The notes beneath the pieces were generated by a model, which saw only the letters and a program-made list of their open reading frames with translations, had not been told where the DNA came from and did no database searches. The position numbers and the translations under genes are program-made. Positions 9,828 through 18,215 of a stretch of DNA of 60,587 nt are shown piece by piece. Every line of letters begins with the position of its first letter. Position 1 is the stretch's first letter. Source of the stretch: Nitrospiraceae bacterium UBA2166 (lineage in GTDB: Bacteria; Nitrospirota; Nitrospiria; Nitrospirales; UBA2166); contig DCWI01000097.1 in assembly GCA_002328825.1 (NCBI GenBank), forward strand, positions 1 to 60,587, read 5' to 3'.

Positions 9828-10482
9828 TGATGTCGTATTTTTCCAAGGAATCGGTTATGGCATCAGCATGGGCCAAATCATTGAATGAGTAGGTATTGGT
9901 TACCGCAAGACATCGCATGCCTGCGGCGTGTGCGCCATTAATGCCTGGAATTGAATCCTCAATTACCAGACATTCCTTCGCTTGCACTGTGGGTCGCATT
10001 GTCAATCGATTTAAGGCACCTAAGCCTTTAAGAAAGCCTTCGGGGTCAGGTTTCCCCTCAGTCACATCTTCTGCACTAATGATGGTATGAAAAGAATCGA
10101 GAAGCCCTGCCTTGCCGAGAATTAATTCAATTTCATTTCGCAAGGCGCCGGAAACGATGGCCAATGGCCATCGCTTTGCAAGCATGAATACGAAGTCGAC
10201 AACACCGTCAAACAAGCAAAGGTGCTGCGTGACATGTTGGTGGAAGTAGATTGATTTCTTCTGAATTAGGTTGGCGATGATAGCGGATGAAGGGGTGCGA
10301 TGGTGGCGAGTGAGGAGCGTGGTAAAGCATCCCTTATCATCCATGCCTATGTAATCAGTATAATACTCTGTCTCGGTAAGCAGAATATGTTCTTTGGCTA
10401 GTACGTGTTGAAAAGCGGCGTAATGCAGGGGCTCGCTATCTGCAATGACACCATCGAAATCAAAGATAATTGCCTGAAGCAT
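9796..10482 (-). CDS. HAD-superfamily hydrolase, subfamily IA (phosphatase or beta-phosphoglucomutase-like)
   Basis: Motif I IIFDFDGVIADSE and motif IV-like EDSIPGINGAHAAGM. Confidence 0.85.
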   Translation of the reverse strand: MLQAIIFDFDGVIADSEPLHYAAFQHVLAKEHILLTETEYYTDYIGMDDKGCFTTLLTRHHRTPSSAIIANLIQKKSIYFHQHVTQHLCLFDGVVDFVFMLAKRWPLAIVSGALRNEIELILGKAGLLDSFHTIISAEDVTEGKPDPEGFLKGLGALNRLTMRPTVQAKECLVIEDSIPGINGAHAAGMRCLAVTNTYSFNDLAHADAITDSLEKYDINALEEKLWSI

Positions 10483-10537
10483 TGCTTGTTCCTAACTTGC
10501 TCCAATTGTAACATAGGGTTCATGCGAAGGAGGTAAG

Positions 10538-11047
10538 ATGATCAAGGCGTTCAAGGGAATCCTTCCCAAGGTGCATAAAAGTGCGTTTATCGAAGAATCA
10601 GCCATCATTATTGGAGATGTGGTCATTGGAGAATTGTCTAATGTCTGGTTCCATACTGTTATTCGCGGTGACGTACATCATATTTGCATTGGGAATAGGA
10701 CAAATATTCAAGATCTTTGCATGCTGCACGTTACGAAGGAATTCCATCCACTGTTAATTGGAGATGATGTCACCGTTGGACATAACGCGATTCTCCATGG
10801 TTGCGAAATCTCCAACCGCTGCTTAATAGGTATGGGAGCTATCCTCATGGATGGCGTGCAGCTAGGAGAAGACTGTATCATCGCCGCAGGATCGTTACTT
10901 GTGGAACAAACCATTGCTCCACCAAAAACCCTCATGGTCGGTTCTCCTGCACGACCAAAACGGATACTGACTGACAAGGAGCTTCAATGGATCAAAACAT
11001 CAGCCAATAACTACCTTTCATACGCACAGGCCTACCAAGAAGGGTAG
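10538..11047 (+). CDS. gamma-carbonic-anhydrase-like hexapeptide-repeat (LbH) protein
   Basis: YrdA/PaaY-like sequence (VHKSAFIEESAIIIGDVVIGELSNVWFHTVIRGD...NIQD) with a left-handed beta-helix repeat. AGGAGG SD upstream. Confidence 0.85.
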   Translation: MIKAFKGILPKVHKSAFIEESAIIIGDVVIGELSNVWFHTVIRGDVHHICIGNRTNIQDLCMLHVTKEFHPLLIGDDVTVGHNAILHGCEISNRCLIGMGAILMDGVQLGEDCIIAAGSLLVEQTIAPPKTLMVGSPARPKRILTDKELQWIKTSANNYLSYAQAYQEG

Positions 11048-11048
11048 T

Positions 11049-11077
11049 TTGACTGTCTTTTCGAATTCGGGTATTAG
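11049..11077 (+). promoter_or_regulatory. putative promoter (TTGACT-17 nt-TATTAG) ahead of the 143-aa ORF and trp genes
   Basis: The hexamers were read directly, about 95 nt upstream of ATG 11175. Confidence 0.3.
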
Positions 11078-11174
11078 ATCATTGCCATATTGGAAATAGC
11101 CGGTACGTTAGTTTTGAAGATTAATGTAAGCCTAGACGGCAGACAGTGTAATATTTGTATGCGGAGGAGATAGC

Positions 11175-11606
11175 ATGGCTCAGACCACAGGAAAGCAATC
11201 AGGAAAAAAGAAGCCTACACGGACAGCGCAAAAGGGGGCTCAGAAAAAATCCGTTAGGCGACCTGCCAAACCGAAACAAATGCCAAAGAAACGGGCGCTC
11301 AATAAAGCTCTGACGCGAACTCGTGCTCCGCTCCAAGATAAATCACTGGATGCCGTATCTGTGCAACTCCAACGTATTGAGAAACAGGTTAGAGTATTGC
11401 AAAGTGAACTTACTGAAAGCCGCAAAGCTCAGCCTGCTGAGAGTAAGCCCACGGAACGAAAATTTGAAACTCGCTTTCGACGTTTGGATGAGCGTATCGA
11501 TTCACTTCGCACACACCTTCTTGATCTTGAGGAGCGTCTCGAAGGAGAATCAGGTGGTGATTCACTTCACGAGCGAGATCTTGGTGAAGATCTTGACGAT
11601 TCGTGA
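11175..11606 (+). CDS. hypothetical protein with Lys/Arg/Pro-rich N-terminal tail, coiled-coil middle and acidic C-terminus
   Basis: 143-aa ORF with GGAGGAG SD 6 nt upstream of the ATG, ending 15 nt before trpE. No recognisable family motif. Confidence 0.6.
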   Translation: MAQTTGKQSGKKKPTRTAQKGAQKKSVRRPAKPKQMPKKRALNKALTRTRAPLQDKSLDAVSVQLQRIEKQVRVLQSELTESRKAQPAESKPTERKFETRFRRLDERIDSLRTHLLDLEERLEGESGGDSLHERDLGEDLDDS

Positions 11607-11621
11607 CCTTATCTTTCTGGC

Positions 11622-13133
11622 ATGACACTGCACGCTGAACGATTTTGTCGATCACAGTATTTTCCTGATCGGGATGCATTCACGTCACTTGCACGGGAAG
11701 GGAATCTCATTCCCGTATATAGAGAAATTTTGGCCGATATGGAAACACCTGTCTCGGCTATGGCAAAGATTGACGATGGTGCGTACGCGTATCTCCTTGA
11801 AAGTGTCGAGGGAGGTGAGCAATGGGCGCGTTATTCCTTTCTTGGCATCGGAGCATTTCTTGTCCTAAGAGGTGATCACAATGGTATATCTGTGGTGCAA
11901 GGTGACACCACAACGCCATATCCTGCAGACTCCACCCCGCTTGAAGTACTTCGGTCTGTGATGAGCCAATATCGTCCGGTTTCTGTTGAAGGCCTTCCCC
12001 GATTTTATGGCGGGGCCATTGGGTATCTTTCCTATGATGTAGCACATCAGCTTGACGAAATTCCAAAACGAGAAAAGCCTTGTCTCGATCAGCCACAGTT
12101 TGTGTTTCTTCTTACCGATATGCTCCTTGTTTTCGACAACGTTGCGAAGACAATTAAAGTTGTTGTTTGTGTACATACAGCAGGAAACGATCTATCTAAT
12201 GCTTATTCAGAAGCTCTTGAACGCATTGATACCATGATTGAACGTCTTAAGAAGCCTCGACTAGGCTATGTTCATCAACCGACGTCGTCAAAATGCGTGA
12301 CTTTTCATTCGAATCTCAAGCAAGAGGCCTTTGAAAAGATGGTTCTTTCAGCTAAGGAGTATATTCGTGCCGGCGATATTGTCCAAGCAGTGCTCTCTCA
12401 AAGGTGGGAAACAGAAATTACTGCGATGCCATTTGACATCTATCGTGCGCTACGTTTGACCAACCCTTCCCCATATCTCTACTATTTACGTATTGGTGAT
12501 ATGGCTCTCATTGGCTCTTCTCCTGAGGTTCTAGTACGATGCGAAGAGGGACAGGTTGAAGTACGACCAATCGCAGGAACTAGGCAGCGTGGGAAGACTG
12601 CTACCGAGGATCAGAGATTAAAGGAAGAGCTCCAAGCGGATGAAAAAGAGCGTGCTGAACATGTCATGCTTGTCGATTTAGGCCGGAATGATGTTGGCCG
12701 AGTCGCCCGCTATGGCACAATAAATGTAAGTGATTTCATGATCGTTGAATATTATTCACACGTAATGCATCTTGTTTCTCGGGTTGAAGGCGCCTTACAA
12801 CAAGGGCATGATGCGTTTGATGTCATCAAAGCATGCTTTCCTGCTGGGACAGTATCTGGAGCTCCGAAAATAAGAGCGATGCAAATTATTGACGAATTGG
12901 AACCTGTCTGTCGAGGTTCCTATGCTGGAACGGTAGGCTATGTTGGGTTTTCAGGCAATACTGATACTTGTATTGGTATTCGAACGATTGTGGTGAAGGG
13001 GAATCGTGCCTATATTCAGGCTGGAGCTGGAATTGTAGCTGACTCTGATCCGACGAGGGAATTCGAGGAAACGTGTTCGAAAGCCAAAGCAATGATGGCT
13101 GCAATTGAAATGGCTGAATATGGCTTAGAGTGA
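11622..13133 (+). CDS. trpE: anthranilate synthase component I
   Basis: [19 protein letters not shown]-terminal block and a chorismate-binding C-terminal domain ([19 protein letters not shown]). Confidence 0.95.
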   Translation: MTLHAERFCRSQYFPDRDAFTSLAREGNLIPVYREILADMETPVSAMAKIDDGAYAYLLESVEGGEQWARYSFLGIGAFLVLRGDHNGISVVQGDTTTPYPADSTPLEVLRSVMSQYRPVSVEGLPRFYGGAIGYLSYDVAHQLDEIPKREKPCLDQPQFVFLLTDMLLVFDNVAKTIKVVVCVHTAGNDLSNAYSEALERIDTMIERLKKPRLGYVHQPTSSKCVTFHSNLKQEAFEKMVLSAKEYIRAGDIVQAVLSQRWETEITAMPFDIYRALRLTNPSPYLYYLRIGDMALIGSSPEVLVRCEEGQVEVRPIAGTRQRGKTATEDQRLKEELQADEKERAEHVMLVDLGRNDVGRVARYGTINVSDFMIVEYYSHVMHLVSRVEGALQQGHDAFDVIKACFPAGTVSGAPKIRAMQIIDELEPVCRGSYAGTVGYVGFSGNTDTCIGIRTIVVKGNRAYIQAGAGIVADSDPTREFEETCSKAKAMMAAIEMAEYGLE

Positions 13134-13143
13134 ACTGATACTG

Positions 13144-13725
13144 ATGTTGGTGATGCTTGATAACTATGATTCATTTACCTACAACCTTGTCCAATACTTT
13201 GGAGAGATAGGGGAAGAGATTCAAGTATTTCGAAATGACAAGGTTACGGTAGGCGAGATTGATGCGTTGTGTCCAGATCATGTTGTGATTTCTCCTGGAC
13301 CAGGAGTCCCTGAGAACGCTGGAATTTCAATTAGCCTGATTCAACATTTTTCACAGAAAAATCCCGCAGTGCCAATTCTTGGGGTTTGCCTTGGGCATCA
13401 AGCTATGGCCGTAGCATTTGGGGCCAAAATTAAGAGGGCAGAGCGCCTCATGCATGGGAAAACCTCGATGATTTCACATGATGGCAAGGCAATTTTTGCT
13501 AAACTTCCTAACCCGTTTGAAGCCACGCGATATCATTCTCTCATCGTTGACCGGGACACTCTGCCGGTTTGTCTCGAACTGACTGCGGAAACGGACGAAG
13601 GTGAAATCATGGGTATGCGGCATCGAAGCCTACCAATCGAAGGCGTGCAGTTCCATCCTGAATCGATTTTGACACGGACAGGGATGGACCTTTTGCGAAA
13701 TTTTCTTCATGTAAAATCATTATGA
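13144..13725 (+). CDS. trpG: anthranilate synthase component II (glutamine amidotransferase)
   Basis: Class-I GATase with LGVCLGHQ catalytic Cys and the GVQFHPES motif. Confidence 0.93.
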   Translation: MLVMLDNYDSFTYNLVQYFGEIGEEIQVFRNDKVTVGEIDALCPDHVVISPGPGVPENAGISISLIQHFSQKNPAVPILGVCLGHQAMAVAFGAKIKRAERLMHGKTSMISHDGKAIFAKLPNPFEATRYHSLIVDRDTLPVCLELTAETDEGEIMGMRHRSLPIEGVQFHPESILTRTGMDLLRNFLHVKSL

Positions 13726-14735
13726 TTCGAGAAGCAATTAGAATGCTTGTTGATGGTATTGACCTCACTGAGGAACAGGCCGAGAGCATCATGTCAGAAA
13801 TCATGGATGGCCAAGCCACTGATGCACAGGTCGCTTCATATGTAACTGCCTTGCGTATGAAGGGTGAGACGTTGTTTGAAGTTTGCGGATCAGCACGAGC
13901 TATGAGAGCAAGAGCAGCTCGTATTAATATCGTTGGTTCTTCTGTTGTCGATACTTGTGGAACTGGTGGGGATGGTGCTCAGACATTTAATATTTCAACA
14001 ACCGTCGCGTTTGTTGTAGCAGGCGCGGGAATTGTGGTGGCGAAACATGGAAACCGTGCTGTCTCGTCGCGATCTGGAAGCGCAGATGTTCTTAAACAAC
14101 TTGGCGTGCGAATTGATTTGTCGCCTGCTAGCGTTGAAACTTGTGTTAATAAGGCTGGCATCGGATTTCTTTTTGCGCCAGTATTTCATCCAGCAATGGC
14201 AAAGGTAGCGGGTCCACGGAAAGAGCTCGCTATTCGAACCATCTTTAACATTCTTGGACCGCTGACAAATCCTGCTCACGCAACAAGTCAAGTTTTGGGT
14301 GTTTATGACGAGGCTTTGACCGAGCTAATGGCCAATGCCTTGCTCCACTTAGGAAGCAAGCATAGTTTTGTCGTCCATGGGATGGACGGGATTGACGAAC
14401 TCACACTGACAGGCCGCTCAAAAATTTCAGAGGGAAAAAACGGCTCGATCGAAAACTATTTTATCGAACCAGAAGACTTCAAGATGTCACGTTGTGTAGT
14501 GGAGGACTTGAAGGGTGGAGATGCGAGTGAAAACGCTAGTATCCTTATGAGAATTCTGCAAGGAGACTCTGGCCCCTGTCGCGATATCGTATTACTTAAC
14601 GCTGCGCCAGCCATTGTTGCTGGGGGCAAGGCCAAGACGTTGCTCGAAGGGGTTCTTGTGGCTCAAGGCTCTATTGACACTGGAAGAGCAAAAACAAAGC
14701 TAGATCAGCTCATATCAATATCACAATCGTTATAG
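13722..14735 (+). CDS. trpD: anthranilate phosphoribosyltransferase
   Basis: DTCGTGGDG motif and [21 protein letters not shown] overlap with trpG. Confidence 0.95.
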   Translation: MIREAIRMLVDGIDLTEEQAESIMSEIMDGQATDAQVASYVTALRMKGETLFEVCGSARAMRARAARINIVGSSVVDTCGTGGDGAQTFNISTTVAFVVAGAGIVVAKHGNRAVSSRSGSADVLKQLGVRIDLSPASVETCVNKAGIGFLFAPVFHPAMAKVAGPRKELAIRTIFNILGPLTNPAHATSQVLGVYDEALTELMANALLHLGSKHSFVVHGMDGIDELTLTGRSKISEGKNGSIENYFIEPEDFKMSRCVVEDLKGGDASENASILMRILQGDSGPCRDIVLLNAAPAIVAGGKAKTLLEGVLVAQGSIDTGRAKTKLDQLISISQSL

Positions 14736-14754
14736 TGTCGAGTTCATAGATAAC

Positions 14755-15576
14755 ATGTTGCAAGAAATTATTGCTCATAAACACGATGAGGTGATGACAC
14801 GTAAGTCATTACTATATAAATCAAACCTTAATAGTGTTATTTCAGACATTCCATCTACTCTTGGTTTTGCAAAAGCTCTTCGCGGTACGCGAGGTGACTG
14901 TCCGCGTCTTATTGCCGAGATCAAACAAAAATCTCCTAGCGGAGGTATTCTTCGTGATCCATTTGATCCCCTTGCCATTGCTAATACGTATAAAAAATCT
15001 GGGGCAGCTGCCTTATCTGTTTTGACGGATCAGCGGTACTTCAAGGGAAATTTAGATATCATGGCTGCACTTGGAAAGGCGGTTGCGTTACCGATTCTTA
15101 ACAAGGAATTTATGTTAGATGAAATCCAATTTTACGAAGCTCGAGCCTATCGAGCGGATGCCGTCCTTCTTATTGTGGCGATTCTCGAGCGATCCCAATT
15201 AATTGAATATTCACATCTTGCGTTGGAGCTTGGTCTTGATGTATTGGTTGAGGTTCATACAGAGAGAGAACTTGAAATTGCGTTTGATGCTATGCCTGCC
15301 ATTCAGCTACTTGGGATCAACAATCGAGATCTTGCCACCCTCACAATTAATCTTGAAACAACTCTCCAATTAGTCAACCGCATTCCTTCACACTTGCAAA
15401 GTAACATAACCATTGTGAGTGAGAGCGGGATCTCATCCCGCATTGATGTTGAGCGTCTTTCGGAGGCAGGAATCCATGCAATGCTGGTTGGTGAAGCGCT
15501 TTTGAAGGCTCCGGATATAAGTAGGAAAGTGTGCGAACTTCTAGACGTTAGTTTGTCTTCTCCCATCGCACTCTAG
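14755..15576 (+). CDS. trpC: indole-3-glycerol-phosphate synthase
   Basis: LIAEIKQKSPSGG, AAALSVLTDQRYFKG and LLGINNRDL motifs. Monofunctional, with no fused trpF. Confidence 0.93.
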   Translation: MLQEIIAHKHDEVMTRKSLLYKSNLNSVISDIPSTLGFAKALRGTRGDCPRLIAEIKQKSPSGGILRDPFDPLAIANTYKKSGAAALSVLTDQRYFKGNLDIMAALGKAVALPILNKEFMLDEIQFYEARAYRADAVLLIVAILERSQLIEYSHLALELGLDVLVEVHTERELEIAFDAMPAIQLLGINNRDLATLTINLETTLQLVNRIPSHLQSNITIVSESGISSRIDVERLSEAGIHAMLVGEALLKAPDISRKVCELLDVSLSSPIAL

Positions 15577-15583
15577 GTAGAGT

Positions 15584-15877
15584 GTGATGAAAACTACATC
15601 CAAGTTTGTTGAGCAGGTAGTCCTGCCGCTCAACGATGTGTATCAATGTGGACACCTTCCTCAATTTGTTTACTCATCTGGTGAGAGTTTGCTTTGTGAT
15701 CACTGCGAAGAATCGTTTGGTGTTGATCGATCAGACCCATTCAGTGCAGATGTGATTTTCAGAAGAGAAAATCTGCTACCTTTTCTGCTGAAAAAAATGA
15801 TTTACTGGTCCATGGCCACGGCCTATTTTGAGAGTTCCAGCCGCAGAAATAGCCCTTGTAATATATTCTTTTGCTAA
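15584..15877 (+). CDS. hypothetical small protein (doubtful); its 3' third overlaps thiD antisense
   Basis: GTG 15584 / ATG 15587 begin 8-11 nt after the trpC stop. The N-terminal 60 aa carry CGH...CDHC (a possible zinc-ribbon-like motif). The last 102 nt overlap the convergent thiD. Confidence 0.25.
   Translation: MMKTTSKFVEQVVLPLNDVYQCGHLPQFVYSSGESLLCDHCEESFGVDRSDPFSADVIFRRENLLPFLLKKMIYWSMATAYFESSSRRNSPCNIFFC
15754..15773. terminator. weak hairpin between the convergent trp operon and thiD
   Basis: GATTTTC-AGAAGA-GAAAATC gives a 7-bp AT-rich stem. Only a short T run follows on the plus strand. Confidence 0.25.
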
Positions 15878-16579
15878 TCGTGACGCGGAAAGAGGAGGTT
15901 TGCCACGCGCGAGATGTGCGGCAATAGCTGAGGCGAAGGTGCAGCCGGTTCCGTGGGTATTTGTCGTTGTGATTCGGGGCGCTGGTAACGAGGTTATATG
16001 TTGACCATCGTAAAACAAGTCTTCGCTCAGAGGGCCTTTTCCATGTCCTCCCTTAAGCACCACTGTCTTTGATCCTAAATCAAAGAGCCTCTTGCATGCA
16101 TCGTTTTTTTTCGTCTCAACATCGTCTGCTGAAATATCAAGTAATATTGCTGCCTCAGGAATGTTGGGGGTAATCACGGCTGCAAGCGGAATTAACCTAG
16201 TCTTGAGCACGTCGATGGCTTTAGGCTCTAGTAGTGTTTCTCCACTTTTGGACACCATGACAGGATCGACCACAATGGGCAATGAGTGATGGGTTCGAAA
16301 ATAGTCAACAACAGTAACAATGATCTCTGGTTGGCTTAACATGCCGGTTTTAACACTTCGGATGGAAAGATCAGCAAAGACTGTCTCCATTTGAATACGG
16401 ACAAACGATGGAGGGAGATTATAGATGTCACGCACTTCTTTAGTGTTCTGTGCGGTCAGTGCAGTAATTATAGATGCTCCGTAGACACTAAGTGCAGCGA
16501 AAGTTTTTAAGTCCGCCTGAATACCTGCTCCTCCGCTGCTGTCTGAGCCAGCGATGGTTAACGCGATGGGAGTGGGCAT
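15776..16579 (-). CDS. thiD: hydroxymethylpyrimidine/phosphomethylpyrimidine kinase
   Basis: IALTIAGSDSSGGAGIQADLKTF N-terminal signature and a C-terminal GTGCTFASAIAA motif. Confidence 0.93.
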   Translation of the reverse strand: MPTPIALTIAGSDSSGGAGIQADLKTFAALSVYGASIITALTAQNTKEVRDIYNLPPSFVRIQMETVFADLSIRSVKTGMLSQPEIIVTVVDYFRTHHSLPIVVDPVMVSKSGETLLEPKAIDVLKTRLIPLAAVITPNIPEAAILLDISADDVETKKNDACKRLFDLGSKTVVLKGGHGKGPLSEDLFYDGQHITSLPAPRITTTNTHGTGCTFASAIAAHLARGKPPLSASRLAKEYITRAISAAGTLKIGRGHGPVNHFFQQKR

Positions 16580-17214
16580 TGAAGAGAGGCAGCCTTATCT
16601 AACTGCGCCCGTAGCTCAGCGTAGGTTTGTGTTACGGGGAAGTTCGGGAATTCTTGAATGATAGACTCAGGTGGCCGAAAGAATATTCCCTTATCTGCAG
16701 ACTGCAACATGGTCGTATCGTTATAGGAGTCTCCGGCAGCTAAGACGTAGAAGTTCAATCCTTTAAATGCCATGACTGCTTTTCTCTTCTGATCGTGTTG
16801 ACGTAGGTGATATTGGTGAATTCGACCATCGGGATCAATTTCAAGAGAATGACTAAACAATGTTGGGTAGTTGAGTTTGTTCATTAAGGGTTTAATAACC
16901 TCATAAAAGGTGTCAGACAGGATCACCACTTGATAAGTTTCGCGTAAGGAATTCAAAAACTCATTCGCTCCTTCAAGTGGGTTCAGTGTGTTGACAGCAG
17001 CGTGAATGTCTTGCAAGCGCAACGAATGCACATCCAAAATTTGCAATCTCTTTCTCATCAGGACATCATAGTCTGATATGTCTCTGGTTGTGAGACGAAA
17101 GTCATCTATTTGTGTAGCTTCAGCAAGAGAAATCCAAATTTCAGGTACTAATACCCCTTCAAGGTCTAAGCATACAATAACAGGTTGTTTCATTAATAAC
17201 GCTTCCTCTCGCAA
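16558..17214 (-). CDS. thrH: ThrH-like HAD phosphatase (phosphoserine phosphatase/homoserine phosphotransferase family)
   Basis: VCLDLEGVLVPEIWI...TTRDISDYDVLMRKRLQIL...VVILSDTFYE...AAGDSYNDTTML closely follows Pseudomonas ThrH as I remember it. Confidence 0.8.
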   Translation of the reverse strand: MREEALLMKQPVIVCLDLEGVLVPEIWISLAEATQIDDFRLTTRDISDYDVLMRKRLQILDVHSLRLQDIHAAVNTLNPLEGANEFLNSLRETYQVVILSDTFYEVIKPLMNKLNYPTLFSHSLEIDPDGRIHQYHLRQHDQKRKAVMAFKGLNFYVLAAGDSYNDTTMLQSADKGIFFRPPESIIQEFPNFPVTQTYAELRAQLDKAASLQCPLPSR

Positions 17215-17491
17215 GCATCTTAGTCAAGAAATGTTTTCGCTAGCAAATAACATTAGATGTTATACCACAAATGTTGAGGAAATTGATGTTCCCAATATCT
17301 ATGCATATTGAGGCAAAACACGTAGATATGGTAGTATTTCGTCCCTTTCTAGGCGTATGTAGCGATTCGGAGAACAGGAAAAAAATGGCTAAAGAAAGGC
17401 AACGAGCATCCCATATTTTGAGCTAACACTTATCGTATATTTTTTCGGTGCAGGGCTCTTTGTTATCTCCCTTGCTGTTCGAACCGAAATC

Positions 17492-18181
17492 TTGTCAAGC
17501 CTTGCAATTGGCATGACGGCCTTTGGGTTTGTTCTCCATTCAGCTACTCTCCACACCCATCTGTTTGGAACTGATCACGCTGCACTGAGTAGTCTCTTCG
17601 ATGTCATGGTCTTTTTTGCATGGGGGCTTATTCTCACCTTTCTGATCGTCGAATATGTTAATCGGACTCCTGTTCTTGGATCATTTGTTCTTCCTCTTGC
17701 AGTGCTTGCATTAATTTTTGCGGCAACCGTTAGAGAAGATCTGCAGGTACTCAAACCTGTCCTTTCGAATATCTGGCTGCATGTGCTTATGATCGTTTCA
17801 GGCACCGTCGCCTTTGCTTTAGCATTTGCAGCAAGCGTCATGTATCTTCTCCAAGAGCGTCTTTTAAAATTAAGGCGATTTAGTCCAATGTATCATAAGC
17901 TTCCCCCTTTGGATTTTCTTGACGATCTTAACCGAAAATCAATTCTCCTTGGATTTCCGTTACTCACATTTGGCATTGCAGCAGGGGCGGTATGGGAAAA
18001 TTTTTCCTCTGGGTCTTACTGGAATTGGGATCCGAAGGAAATTTCCACTGCTCTGACTTGGGTCTTTTATCTCATGGTTTTGCTTGGTCGTGTCCTGGTA
18101 GGCTGGCGTGCTAAGCATGCAGCATATCTAACAATGATTGGATTTGCAGGTGTAATCGTTACCTTTGCCAATGTAGAGTAA
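17492..18181 (+). CDS. cytochrome-c-assembly-family membrane protein (CcsA/HemX-like)
   Basis: Polytopic membrane protein with a W-rich segment (YWNWDPKE) placed directly upstream of hemA, like Bacillus hemX. The N-terminus is uncertain (see findings). Confidence 0.75.
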   Translation: MSSLAIGMTAFGFVLHSATLHTHLFGTDHAALSSLFDVMVFFAWGLILTFLIVEYVNRTPVLGSFVLPLAVLALIFAATVREDLQVLKPVLSNIWLHVLMIVSGTVAFALAFAASVMYLLQERLLKLRRFSPMYHKLPPLDFLDDLNRKSILLGFPLLTFGIAAGAVWENFSSGSYWNWDPKEISTALTWVFYLMVLLGRVLVGWRAKHAAYLTMIGFAGVIVTFANVE

Positions 18182-18215
18182 TCCTGAAGACATCGATCTC
18201 TGAGATCAACAAACT

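Noticed and set aside
17215-17491. Searched for a TPP riboswitch upstream of thrH-thiD, a preQ1 riboswitch upstream of queE (47813-47941) and a Trp leader peptide or T-box upstream of trpE (11078-11174)
   Set aside because: None of the core motifs I remember (CUGAGA...ACCUGAUCUGGAUAAUGCCAGCG for TPP, the preQ1-I hairpin with its A-rich tail, Trp-codon leaders, the T-box sequence) are present.
17461-18000. Apparent 1-nt offset between my manual counting of the printed sequence and ORF-track coordinates (an extra T near 17460, a missing A near 18000)
   Set aside because: This is most likely my own miscounting at homopolymer runs across line breaks. The ORF-track protein is a coherent full-length family member, so I trusted the track. 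Hand-derived coordinates in this interval are plus or minus 1 nt.
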